A DNA stretch of 47,458 nt from a virus. Lineage: Duplodnaviria > Caudoviricetes. The notes beneath the pieces are model-generated. The model had not been told where the DNA came from and searched no databases. It saw only the letters and a program-made list of their open reading frames with translations. Position 1 is the first letter of the stretch. Every line of letters starts with the position of its first letter. Location of the stretch: positions 1-47,458 of IMG/VR virus record IMGVR_UViG_3300032219_000617. One strand, given 5' to 3'. Positions 19,001 through 25,765 of this stretch are shown here, piece after piece. A program made the translations under genes and the position numbers.

Positions 19001-19878
19001 GGACGGTTGACACTGAGCTCAGGAGCTATCGAGCGTAACTCTGCTTCTGTATTGCCGTAAGTGACGCTATCAGGGCTAACCCCAGCCTTTGTTTCCTTTG
19101 GGTATACCATTTGCCCTTCACCAGTGTTTCGGACAGCGTATAGCTTGGGGTCAAATACCTCTACAAATCCTTCTGGGATACCAGCGAGGGAAGACTTACC
19201 CATCGCTTGCCGTCTGGCTGTGACATTACCAATATCTTCGGCTACAGCTTGGAGTCGAGCTCCGTAGGTTGGCTCGTTGTAAGCGTTTAGACGGGTAAGC
19301 CCAGACTGTGCTGCGGAGAAGTCTCTTGGAATGTCACCAATCTCACGAGCTGCGCTGATACCACGAGCACCCATGACTTGCACATCTGATGGTGAGATTC
19401 GTATTGGCGCTTTCCATATCTCAGCCATAGGCCCAGCACCCATGTGCGAACCAGTAAGTGTGCGTGGTATGGCTTCGATTGACTCAACCATAGATTTACC
19501 TTCCTCAGTGCGAGGCTTGTAGGTCATGGCTTCTAGCGCTTTAGCGGCTTGTTCTTGTGCTACTTTAGTAGATTTACCGTACTCGCCAGCTTGAATTCCT
19601 TTAGCAACACCGTATAAATGCGCTGGAACAAAGGCAGCTAGGCTTGAGCCAAAGGTAGCAGCCGCTTCTGCTACATCTGGCATATGAAATGGCGAACCAC
19701 TCGATGTTCGAGCAGGAGGTTTAGCTACATAAGTTTTTGGAATCTCGGAAGCTACATACGGTACATCTGAACCATCTGGGCGCAAAGGCATTGAACCTCT
19801 TTTAGCCAACTCATACTTCATAGCGTCTAACGACAGTTCATCGTCAGGTATAAAGTTGCCTAGTGCGTCAAACGGCAT
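13075..19878 (-). CDS. Giant 2267-aa multidomain (polyvalent-like) protein with PcfJ-like domain and internal repeats
   Basis: Uninterrupted 6.8-kb ORF overlapping the TerL stop and ending 2 nt before the portal start. The segment DETFILDHCIG...YMDAVKNG...IRDDKTGMPVGTIEL...GYVSGYKN resembles PcfJ-like domains. Confidence 0.85.
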   Translation of the reverse strand: MPFDALGNFIPDDELSLDAMKYELAKRGSMPLRPDGSDVPYVASEIPKTYVAKPPARTSSGSPFHMPDVAEAAATFGSSLAAFVPAHLYGVAKGIQAGEYGKSTKVAQEQAAKALEAMTYKPRTEEGKSMVESIEAIPRTLTGSHMGAGPMAEIWKAPIRISPSDVQVMGARGISAAREIGDIPRDFSAAQSGLTRLNAYNEPTYGARLQAVAEDIGNVTARRQAMGKSSLAGIPEGFVEVFDPKLYAVRNTGEGQMVYPKETKAGVSPDSVTYGNTEAELRSIAPELSVNRPEAIIDSYEQLYMSDRSPASRSLQAHKDNFFETKAKEMFPPEFTGSDALRALERGYPPAEVRDMKLKWFQEFIEESRAQGFNIPSMEEYITRAQGANLLTRKIIPNIIQKYIGTPADPFLESAKKGITMNPAEELIEKFGESDTNTEVARQVAGFEPKGEIADKLMPVAVSKLNTQNQELDTLIAEQAEIGRTEGMVVPYPDGRIDPDTGQVAMATNPNYAQYSNKIGAMRKAIEDTEEEIRKLQIAQAYENVSDASIQRAEAAYFRQNIPPEEEQFFPQLFGEKKRATRISPIEYLTPGDAPFFETSAQGLKGAGIIPLAQELVQKIMRGEIPPDQIPTLSQPHTITKFMADIVAPRIEKEKAARLAQKDYKNNVMNHFLEVLKTIPESMRVGKNAKLLWIDDATPEAEINQALSDETFILDHCIGNSGSGRGTKHIFTGDDRQYIPYMDPATQQKFKNAGGTSSYMDAVKNGEKDIMMIRDDKTGMPVGTIELNKQAGADGTNEYSIGYVSGYKNHSNKFDGIDPQYSEAIRDALNMVKDEVTSSDGNEARSGVFDMNDNDQLNRLKKNLPLPSRNNQERSRAWAGVQQILKKTIGFDRFITFKQAQEALKQYISENPPVPEVRSGFPPAGKEVTERNIIMQGLSRDNLNVSRQLDASRLVSDGNRFANLPSTTNMEEGPRLALQTILRSENRRASATQGISDYQLFRNIQSYIDQINDGSLRFGDFGLRNGSDLLELQTGLQRHADAIGQLAHYADVLQRNGYRSPLPSENLNTPEWQAYQRFIGELEIDDPQDLRTRLRDMIIHGDPREVDPNLNDIQRENFKHLLEIHDRSINEALTYPAPTAPAQQRGIPLRQFEELVENTINEIGTNFGEATRQEVNNIFVNAIGSQMDVAVNERPVQVSNFLNEQAREASNPVAVRNALRVLAGAINQANADILNARNAPAPAPTTALPSLREYGEALIVAEQNMPANTWQDVAEILNEIQNEVTRDGGLYYQHPARIVTRLNEQADYQDEGGEPNTAVGLRNLAGEIARLVPANPPASMALANARPRTLVAGQEALSNSILDALHEDHTLEVDISDRLNALQWRENLVNDPMGLVRNIRIEADAEALAGNERLASKFYDIANLIADENGQTMFTPAPRQNQAPAQSSLDLAMTTEGQRNTNRVEQVVALRDGIDRQLEEINNADRAGLMGLVDFYGNPNDLPDRITDHTNSFDDATRIANYLRQHAQSRLDSMPTERSVPTATMPTPRDIANQTTSATNQTDAQRVRQIDALTNSINNEIRDLPTDRAGLNRALDFYTDYDNLPTDLMNLLPRQDDAERILDYIRQHIIYRLVNLNQQPQQNDVNGYFNRINHIIDDTILTVNNNPRYAYMNLPNVLEREINSYHQNSENLPQFIQYLRDDLDSVVTNHAGDEFHDMYADEIRHLIDRLERVTVDLPQLVNQSFHQQPEPAIAVAQLPTPVEQQNQQISDAIIRRSELVNQNHLGISQRFDTIVRVASNEANPQTNPVEFIQSLHHRANSVDRVGNREDQVLANMLRGLADDVNNALQRQVDPIRQELETAYNIASESIRTRHPMMIEEVMRSPNTRANLADVVRADPMRYGLQDYSEDVVNHVAERLISDGLSNGARQLPAPELAEQHFSRVEQGVNQPEGLGALNRTDQEVVRRLASQTIAGQNISAGNVMPAQREMANVLFGSGEATGNALPAVEHIRLIRTLTSETYNPATDGEALIRLLEQRVGMFANLEPFQRQEGISIVNNWNSLRFPNYRPPEEGMGLEPQGRKRGGFIRKMNQGGEPPKLTPYEQFKIDNAERIRQGNELNENRNKYDPYKGSGRPIPTQKENLPRRASGSAGVMPSGSGPSYLDKPSLYAVGGKVYMEFGGKVRPVPNIPATPEKTRPNPVDHVIRKPADKGFPETLERIRNTPKPSGSAGAMPSGSGPSSLDRPSLYSSGGNVNIDAMRLALMKG
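13112..13434 (-). repeat. Duplicated ~28-codon unit at the C-terminus of the giant protein
   Basis: SGSAGVMPSGSGPSYLDKPSLYAVGGKV (~13351-13434) and SGSAGAMPSGSGPSSLDRPSLYSSGGNV (~13112-13197). Confidence 0.85.
14980..15495 (-). repeat. Duplicated ~70-aa helical module in the giant protein
   Basis: RVEQVVALRDGIDRQL...DRAGLMGLVDFY...LP...DDATRIANYLRQH versus RVRQIDALTNSINNEI...DRAGLNRALDFY...LP...DDAERILDYIRQH. Confidence 0.8.
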
Positions 19879-21310
19879 AGGGATTTACTCGCTTAGGTTG
19901 AGTTTCATCTAAGTAGATGTCTTCGTCATTATACAGATAATCTACTGTAATTAAACCCATATCTCGCAATAAACGCAAGCCTTGTGTCAGAGCATCTACA
20001 TAGTCATCATGCCTTGTATCTGGGAACGCACAGACTTGATTGACAAATGGTTCAGCCCAGCTTCGTACCTCGTTCTCATGCTCTTCACTCTCAGGAAGGT
20101 AGACCAATCCCTTGGCGATGATAGGTGACACCAGATTGAGTCGTCCTACCTTGTCAGTCTTGCCTGGGTTATAAGCTCGTATGTTGAGCCCAGCTCGTTG
20201 CAAGTCTTGTATAAGACTGATACCAGCTGACTTATCTTCAATCAGTATCTGGTCAACCTTCTTCCCATGCCCAAACTCGTCTTCATTCCCATAGATAGAG
20301 GTAGCTTCCTCGATGACTCTGGGGCGCAAGTCTGGGTATTGCATGTGTTCTGACCAACAATCAATCAGCATGACGGATGGTGGTTTGTCTGGGGATGGCT
20401 TAAAAACTCCTAGCACCACGCAAGCGGTTGGGTCGTTGACTGTCTTGTCGGAGGTAGCGCAATCGTAAGACTGTAGGACATAGGTGAACTGGGGCAATGG
20501 GTTCTTTTCCCCTGTTGGCAGGTAAGCGTTCCATAGCCTGAACATGTTCCGCTTGATGATTCCAGACTCTTCTGGGTCAATAATCTCAGCGTAAATCTCT
20601 TGCCGACCTATGCTTGTACCCTCGTATTGCATGATTTGCTTTTGAAAGGTAGGAGCTAGGTTGCTCAGGTTATCGTAGGTCGTAGCCCTTGTAACGATGA
20701 CATCCTCTCCATCCCTATCCACCAGCTCCATAATCTTGAGCTTTGGCTTTGGGGTAGTGGTACAAATAGCGATAGGATGGTCACCCAAACGCAATCCAAA
20801 CTGAATCATGTCCCACGCTTCATCGAGGTATTCCCAAGCCGCCAGCTCATCCAGCCATGCGTAGTGGAACTGTGGACCACGAAACCGTTCTGGTTCTGAC
20901 GCAGGGATTCCTTTGATGATTGACCCGTTGATGAGGATTATCTCGTTGTCAGACTCCCTATGCTTTTCAATGATGTTCTTGGGCATGGTGTTGATTAGCC
21001 CTGATTCCCCCATAAAGCAGACATCCTTGACATCGGAATAGGTCGGAGCGGATACCAGCGTCCTAGTCTTGGGGTTGTCCCAAGCCAGTTGCCAGACAGT
21101 CTCAGCAGCCGTTCTTGTCTTACCTGCGCCTCGCCCTGCTAGGAACAGCCATACATCCCACCAATCTCCGTCAGGCATCCTTTGGTATTCATTCTGGGTA
21201 GATAGCCACCGAAGCTTCCTAAGCATGACCTCAGCGTTAATTGGGTCAGCTGTTCTAGCCATCTTAGCGAGCTCTTCTACCTCGGCTTTATTTGGCTTTT
21301 TGCTTGCCAT
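19868..21310 (-). CDS. terL: Terminase large subunit
   Basis: Walker A AGRGAGKT, RFRGPQFHYAWLDE Walker B, TTTPK coupling motif, and RNase H-like C-domain ending FPDTRHDDYVDALTQ. Confidence 0.95.
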   Translation of the reverse strand: MASKKPNKAEVEELAKMARTADPINAEVMLRKLRWLSTQNEYQRMPDGDWWDVWLFLAGRGAGKTRTAAETVWQLAWDNPKTRTLVSAPTYSDVKDVCFMGESGLINTMPKNIIEKHRESDNEIILINGSIIKGIPASEPERFRGPQFHYAWLDELAAWEYLDEAWDMIQFGLRLGDHPIAICTTTPKPKLKIMELVDRDGEDVIVTRATTYDNLSNLAPTFQKQIMQYEGTSIGRQEIYAEIIDPEESGIIKRNMFRLWNAYLPTGEKNPLPQFTYVLQSYDCATSDKTVNDPTACVVLGVFKPSPDKPPSVMLIDCWSEHMQYPDLRPRVIEEATSIYGNEDEFGHGKKVDQILIEDKSAGISLIQDLQRAGLNIRAYNPGKTDKVGRLNLVSPIIAKGLVYLPESEEHENEVRSWAEPFVNQVCAFPDTRHDDYVDALTQGLRLLRDMGLITVDYLYNDEDIYLDETQPKRVNPYAV

Positions 21311-21491
21311 CTTCCTTATCGTAGCTACTGAGAGCCATTAGCTGTATGAACTTGAGTCTGACCTTCACAAACTCTGGGTGGATATAACCCTCAATGCCAT
21401 CGCACTCGTAGTGCCTGTCATCAAAGATGTCTAGTAGGGATTTGCCACATTGCATGCAGTAGAAGACTCTGTCGTCTACCTTATGCTTCAT
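21288..21491 (-). CDS. Small zinc-ribbon protein
   Basis: 67 aa, CMQC...C, ATGA-coupled to TerS. Confidence 0.5.
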   Translation of the reverse strand: MKHKVDDRVFYCMQCGKSLLDIFDDRHYECDGIEGYIHPEFVKVRLKFIQLMALSSYDKEDGKQKAK

Positions 21492-22015
21492 AGCTTTTTT
21501 TTGATGGTTTCAAGCAATTCTTCCATGGCTATGTTCACATGGTCAATCTGGATAGAATTCCCATCCTTACCTGTGTGCTCCATGATGGCTTTGTCACCGT
21601 ATTTCTTAGCCTTGAGCTTGGAAGCCTGCCACTTGATTACATCTACACGCAACCTGTTTCGAGCGATTCCAGCTGAATCGAGCTTGGTTGCTACCATGTT
21701 ACCGTCAGCGTCAGCCTCGTAAATCATAGGCATCTCACTAGCAATATCTAGCATCTCAGCCACCAGCGCATCAGCTGATTCTTCCTTAGCTTTCTCGTAT
21801 TGCTCCGAAAACTCAGGGATTTCTCTTAACCACTTGAAGATAGTAGAGGGTACAGGCATACCATCAAGCTCACCAATAAAGCGAACTGACTTACCCACAG
21901 CGAGTAAGGCGCATATCTCATAGGACAATGCTGGGGAGTATTTGGAGGGGCGACCAGTGACTTTTGGCTTAGATTTGTCCTCAAGTTTTTTTTCACTGTA
22001 TCTTGGCGCTACCAT
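21488..22015 (-). CDS. terS: Terminase small subunit (Sf6/P22-like)
   Basis: GRPSKYS...EIC...GKSVR...STIFKWL...FSEQYEKAKE...RLRVDVIKWQASKL...KYGD, upstream of TerL. Confidence 0.88.
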   Translation of the reverse strand: MVAPRYSEKKLEDKSKPKVTGRPSKYSPALSYEICALLAVGKSVRFIGELDGMPVPSTIFKWLREIPEFSEQYEKAKEESADALVAEMLDIASEMPMIYEADADGNMVATKLDSAGIARNRLRVDVIKWQASKLKAKKYGDKAIMEHTGKDGNSIQIDHVNIAMEELLETIKKKL

Positions 22016-22038
22016 AACTTTCTTTCAAAGTTGGGGGT

Positions 22039-22072
22039 GCTGGTCTTTCCCAGCTGTCAGGGATTATGTCCC
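22039..22072 (-). promoter_or_regulatory. Tandem hairpins in the leader of the late operon
   Basis: Minus strand GGGA-CATAA-TCCC TGACA GCTGG-GAAAGA-CCAGC between the sigma-r4 gene and TerS. Confidence 0.4.
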
Positions 22073-22131
22073 AGTTTGCTCTTAAACAATTCGCCTCATC
22101 CTCACGACAAAGCACTTGTAGTATATACAAA

Positions 22132-22293
22132 TTAATCCAACAGTACATCTTTTGCTTTGATGCCACGCTTTTTCATGATTTTGCGGAGCTTCTCTAGAGC
22201 ACGCTTCTCTATCTCAGCGACCATGTTCCTGCTCATCAGGGTCTTTTGAGCTATCTCATCCTGAGTCATCTCATAGTCGTATTTCTTCTTCAT
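22132..22293 (-). CDS. Stand-alone sigma70 region-4-like HTH protein (53 aa)
   Basis: Below the ORF-track cutoff. MKKKYDYEMTQDEIAQKTLMSRNMVAEIEKRALEKLRKIMKKRGIKAKDVLLD, with ATGA overlap with the upstream gene. Confidence 0.75.
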   Translation of the reverse strand: MKKKYDYEMTQDEIAQKTLMSRNMVAEIEKRALEKLRKIMKKRGIKAKDVLLD

Positions 22294-22517
22294 TTATCTT
22301 GAGCCTTGTGCTGTTCGTTGTACTCTTTTACACCATTCCACCAGCCATCCGAGAATTTCTTTTCGATGTAGTCGAATTCCTGCTGGTATTTAGCCTTCAG
22401 CTCCTTTATCTCGGTTTCTTGTCCTTGGATGAGAATGTGTTGCCTTTCGACCAAATCCTTGTACATCTTGACTAGGGATACCAAGCTTTCTTTTGATAAG
22501 TCGTTGAAATCACTCAT
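22290..22517 (-). CDS. Hypothetical coiled-coil protein
   Basis: 75 aa, AAGGT SD. Confidence 0.6.
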   Translation of the reverse strand: MSDFNDLSKESLVSLVKMYKDLVERQHILIQGQETEIKELKAKYQQEFDYIEKKFSDGWWNGVKEYNEQHKAQDK

Positions 22518-22536
22518 ATTTTACCTTAATTTAGAA

Positions 22537-22602
22537 GGGGAGGACAGTCTTTTTAGTCTTATCTCCGTATAGACATCGAGCTGAATAGTGTCAGCCCTCC
22601 CC
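22537..22602 (-). ncRNA. Candidate structured intergenic RNA element
   Basis: Outer stem GGGGAGG/CCTCCCC enclosing GCTGA-CACTAT-TCAGC and GTCT...AGAC hairpins. Confidence 0.3.
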
Positions 22603-22609
22603 GTAAACT

Positions 22610-23461
22610 TTACCAACCCATCTTACCTGCACAGATTGGACCTATTCCCATCTCGATGCTCTCTGGGTCTTTAAGAGTCTTACCGCACACAGAACATGCG
22701 CCTAACATGCGTCCGTATTTGATAGCCGCGCCTTTCGGGTCAACAGAAGCATCAATGATGCGCTTCTCTTGGTCTTCCGAGCACTCACGAACCTTGAAGA
22801 ACTTGTTGCCAATTACCTTACCAAGATACTGACCTTCTTCCTTGATGTAAATAGCGCCAGCGTTTTTGCCAAGCTTTGGAGCTGGGGTGAATACAAAGCT
22901 GTCAAGGCGTAGGCGTGGGTGCTTGTTACCTTTCTCCAGAGCGGAGTTAAAAGCGTCTGCAAGAGCTCCTAAATTGACCTCTGGGGCGGATTCTGCACGC
23001 TCAGCCTGAGCTTGGGCTCTAGCGATAGCACGGTCAGCTGAGGAAAGCACGCATTTGCGTACAGACGCTAACTGGCGCTCAGTCAAAGAACCGTACTTTT
23101 TGAGGGCATCAAGCATGTTCTGGGCAAAGCTAAATGTAGGAGCAGACTCAACCATCCAGCTGTACTCAGCTTCGTATTGCTCGGCAAAGTCAGCCAAACG
23201 GTCAGCTTCTTTGGTAGCTTTTACAAGGACAGAACGCTCACGAGCTTTGGCACGGGTAACAGAATTGGTCTTGTACTCATGGAAACCAACGCCTTTGCAA
23301 GCAAAGCAAGTGCGTGTAGTAAAGCCAGAATAGGAAGTCCACTTACCTGTTCCAGAGCATTTTTTGCAATCTTCTTTAAAGAGCGTGACACCCGTCGAAG
23401 CCTTAACTGGCTTGACTGTAGCGGTCATTATATCATCTTCAACAATGTTTAATAAGTCCAT
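22610..23461 (-). CDS. DUF6011-like protein with N-terminal CxxCxGxG zinc finger
   Basis: CKKCSGTG...CFACKGVG at the N-terminus and CSVCGKTLKDPESIEMGIGPIC at the C-terminus, GGGAG SD. Confidence 0.7.
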   Translation of the reverse strand: MDLLNIVEDDIMTATVKPVKASTGVTLFKEDCKKCSGTGKWTSYSGFTTRTCFACKGVGFHEYKTNSVTRAKARERSVLVKATKEADRLADFAEQYEAEYSWMVESAPTFSFAQNMLDALKKYGSLTERQLASVRKCVLSSADRAIARAQAQAERAESAPEVNLGALADAFNSALEKGNKHPRLRLDSFVFTPAPKLGKNAGAIYIKEEGQYLGKVIGNKFFKVRECSEDQEKRIIDASVDPKGAAIKYGRMLGACSVCGKTLKDPESIEMGIGPICAGKMGW

Positions 23462-23476
23462 TTATATCTCCCAAGT

Positions 23477-23552
23477 AAACTGCTCATGCAGTAAGAGTAT
23501 TTGAACACAAATTATCCAGTTGTGCAAGAATTCTTATTAGGACTTTCCCTAA
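23477..23552 (-). promoter_or_regulatory. Repeated promoter/operator element, copy 1
   Basis: Minus strand: TTAGG-GAAAGT-CCTAA ... TTGCAC-17 nt-TCAAAT ... ACTGC-ATGA-GCAGT, then SD. Near-identical to copies at 24975 and 33383. Confidence 0.75.
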
Positions 23553-23695
23553 CCCCACCAATGCACTGGTTTACGCCTCCCGTACCGCATGATTACCTTG
23601 AAGGTCTGGAAACGGTTAAAAAGGGCTATAGCAGGGCGATGTTGCCTGCGTTGGGATGCCAGCCTGTTTATGTCTTTGCGAGGGCGTAGCGTCAC
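23549..23695 (-). CDS. Small Arg-rich hypothetical protein (48 aa)
   Basis: Read by hand. GTG start overlaps the upstream TGA (GTGA) and the ORF fills the gap to the promoter element. Confidence 0.4.
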   Translation of the reverse strand: MTLRPRKDINRLASQRRQHRPAIALFNRFQTFKVIMRYGRRKPVHWWG

Positions 23696-23886
23696 GATAA
23701 GAGGGTTTTCTGGATGTTTTGGGCTAGTTCCTCATGACCAGCTGACCTGACCATCTCAGAACTTATCATGACCACATGCCTCCAAGCCTCATCCCAGATA
23801 GCCGATGGGTCTTGAAGGAGCTCTTCCGCCTCATGGTCTTGCAACAACTTTTTCCAATCGTTAAAGCCTTGTTCCCAGAGTTCCAT
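23692..23886 (-). CDS. Hypothetical protein
   Basis: 64 aa, in a tightly coupled gene run. Confidence 0.6.
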   Translation of the reverse strand: MELWEQGFNDWKKLLQDHEAEELLQDPSAIWDEAWRHVVMISSEMVRSAGHEELAQNIQKTLLS

Positions 23887-23887
23887 G

Positions 23888-24076
23888 TTATGCCTTGCAG
23901 GTTAAGTAAAAGGCTAGGTTGTAGCCAAGGGTGACAAGAGCCATAGCAAGGATGATTCCACCCATCACTATGGCGAGTAGTTGTAATTCAAGTTTGGTCA
24001 CTTTTTTCTCCTTCTCAGGGGGGTTGACCTTTGGGACGCTCGCCCCACTGTCCACGATAACAACTGGACAGCTCAT
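23888..24076 (-). CDS. Hypothetical membrane protein
   Basis: C-terminal hydrophobic helix, ATGA coupling. Confidence 0.55.
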   Translation of the reverse strand: MSCPVVIVDSGASVPKVNPPEKEKKVTKLELQLLAIVMGGIILAMALVTLGYNLAFYLTCKA

Positions 24077-24327
24077 GAGGTGAGCCAGATAACTAAAACA
24101 ATGAAGACTAAAACGCCCATGTAGGCACGGTTAAGCCAATAGTGGAAGTTCAAGATTTTAGGGTCTTGAATCAAGTAAGACTGAATCATCAGCATATCTG
24201 AGTCTTGCTCCACATATTTGGGCGGTTGGTAATTGATACCCATCTTAATCTTGCCATTGTCATAAGGCACATTGGATGGGGTAAAGCCCTGAGCTCGCTC
24301 CCTATCTTCAGTAGTGAATGTAGTCAT
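24073..24327 (-). CDS. Hypothetical protein with C-terminal TM helix
   Basis: MTTFTTEDR start, AGGAGG SD, hydrophobic C-terminus. Confidence 0.65.
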   Translation of the reverse strand: MTTFTTEDRERAQGFTPSNVPYDNGKIKMGINYQPPKYVEQDSDMLMIQSYLIQDPKILNFHYWLNRAYMGVLVFIVLVIWLTS

Positions 24328-24512
24328 TTTACCTCCTTTTTTTGCTTCAAAAATTCAATAAAATCTTTAGCGTGAGACGATTGGGCAAAAGTGGCTTCCC
24401 AATACTTACGGGTAATTACTTCTTTTTTGCTACCAAAACCTACCTCCCCATCCTCAAGACGATACACTTTCCAAGTAAAGTCTGGAGTTTTTACTGTTTC
24501 ATAATTTGTCAT
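24324..24512 (-). CDS. Hypothetical protein
   Basis: Start moved to MTNYE because GAAAGG SD precedes the ATG at 24512. Confidence 0.55.
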   Translation of the reverse strand: MTNYETVKTPDFTWKVYRLEDGEVGFGSKKEVITRKYWEATFAQSSHAKDFIEFLKQKKEVK

Positions 24513-24548
24513 TTTTAACCTTTCCATGAGGGGGTTTCCCCCCCTCTT

Positions 24549-24953
24549 TTAGAAGCTGTAATCGTAATACTCATCACGCACTCCAATCTTTAAACCTGAG
24601 CCATGTTTTTGTTGGACATAGCGACCTGTCTCTGGGTTGAGCACGCAAAACTTCCAGAAACCTGTTTTTGGGTGTTTTTTGAATACACGGAGGCAACCAT
24701 TGGGGTTGGTTGAATACTCGTAATCTTGAGATTCAGACATACCGTTTGCGTCTTTGCGCTTTGCATTGTCGTCTTGAGTAGTGACATAAGTAACCCCACG
24801 GATTACCTCAATCTTAACAACAGTAACAGCAGAACGGTCAGTCCAGTGAAGAACTGTTGCGCCCATACCAACGAATGGCTCAGGCTCGCCACGGACAGAA
24901 CGGCTGTCAATGTGGTTGAAAACGCTACCAGTTTGAGTTCCAAGTCTTAACAT
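24549..24953 (-). CDS. Conserved hypothetical early protein
   Basis: 134 aa with P.VGMGAT...TDR...TV and C-terminal IGVRDEYYDYSF. Strong AGGAG SD behind promoter copy 2. Confidence 0.75.
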   Translation of the reverse strand: MLRLGTQTGSVFNHIDSRSVRGEPEPFVGMGATVLHWTDRSAVTVVKIEVIRGVTYVTTQDDNAKRKDANGMSESQDYEYSTNPNGCLRVFKKHPKTGFWKFCVLNPETGRYVQQKHGSGLKIGVRDEYYDYSF

Positions 24954-24974
24954 TTTAATCTCCTATTTAAATTT

Positions 24975-25050
24975 AACTGCTCGTTGCAGTGATTCAATTA
25001 GAACATAAATTATCCAGTTGTGCAAATAATGCACCTAGGACTTACCCTAA
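24975..25050 (-). promoter_or_regulatory. Repeated promoter/operator element, copy 2
   Basis: Minus strand: TTAGG-GTAAGT-CCTAG ... TTGCAC-17 nt-TCTAAT ... ACTGC-AACGA-GCAGT. Confidence 0.75.
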
Positions 25051-25343
25051 TATGGGTGAGACTGCACCTCTAGCCAGCCATCCTCAAAAAGCTTGCCTAT
25101 GGTCTTACGGTGCGCCTCCTCCCACATCTCAACCCGTTCCTCTTTAGACAGCTTATTGCCTTGGTCAAGCTCGGCATGACACCTAAAACACAAAGCGCAG
25201 ACACGGTAATCGTGAGCCTTGAGCCCACGCCCTTTGCCGTCCCTGAGCTGGTTACTATGGGCGGATTGGGTAGAGCCCTTCAGACCACAGTGCATGCAGG
25301 GGAGCTGGGCTACCGCCCGTAAGAGCTTGTCATTCCTGTACAT
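25047..25343 (-). CDS. HNH-like zinc-binding protein (DUF968/DUF1364-type)
   Basis: LPCMHCG...SAH...GKGRGLKAHD...LCFRCH pattern. Confidence 0.7.
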   Translation of the reverse strand: MYRNDKLLRAVAQLPCMHCGLKGSTQSAHSNQLRDGKGRGLKAHDYRVCALCFRCHAELDQGNKLSKEERVEMWEEAHRKTIGKLFEDGWLEVQSHPY

Positions 25344-25412
25344 GCTGTTTGACTATCTTCTGGAGGACGGAGCTCTACGCATGTCAATAATGCTTTGGGC
25401 GTAATCAATCAT
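25330..25412 (-). pseudogene. Possible internally deleted small gene
   Basis: ATGA-coupled start MIDYAQSIIDMRRA stops after 19 codons. Another frame supplies a plausible C-terminus VLQKIVKQHVQE* overlapping the next start. Confidence 0.3.
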
Positions 25413-25765
25413 TGGGATAACCTTATTTCGTTACGGGCTGAGGCTTCCAGAGAGCGCCATGCTTCAAGCTTAGCTTCTGCCGCTGAGATTAATAAACGGA
25501 GGGTTTCAAATTCAGAGATAGCCTCCCCAGTTTTGTTTATGTGCTTTTCCAGCTCCTCATGTGAGTCAGCAAAGCGTTCCTTGGCAGCTTCTGTCTTAGC
25601 CTCTATAGCCAGATTCATTAGCCTAGCTTTGACGGTTTTACGCATCTCCGTCAAGATATACACCTGACCCTTAAGCCGACCAGCCTCTCCAGCGTTGTCT
25701 CGCAGGAAGTCCATGGCTTCGTAGGGATTGATGTTGTCAGGCGTTGTTGGTGGGTACTTTTTCAT
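25409..25765 (-). CDS. Helical coiled-coil protein (possibly UvsY-like)
   Basis: 118 aa, all-helical, ending EAKLEAWRSLEASAR. Adjacent to RusA. Confidence 0.55.
   Translation of the reverse strand: MKKYPPTTPDNINPYEAMDFLRDNAGEAGRLKGQVYILTEMRKTVKARLMNLAIEAKTEAAKERFADSHEELEKHINKTGEAISEFETLRLLISAAEAKLEAWRSLEASARNEIRLSQ

Noticed and set aside
3948-21722. Many 60-130 aa plus-strand ORFs opposite structural genes
   Set aside because: Antisense to well-supported genes, with no SD or recognisable motifs.
22016-22610. tRNA genes in the structured intergenic gaps
   Set aside because: No cloverleaf or T-loop GTTC motif could be built.
24528-24550. GC-rich hairpin as a terminator for the minus-strand operon
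   Set aside because: The T-run lies on the plus-strand side. On the coding strand the stem is followed by an SD, so its role is unclear.
23477-25050. Repeated elements as CRISPR repeats or att sites
   Set aside because: Only three dispersed copies, each upstream of a gene start, with no spacer array, cas genes or integrase. The PD-(D/E)XK gene is an ordinary phage exonuclease.
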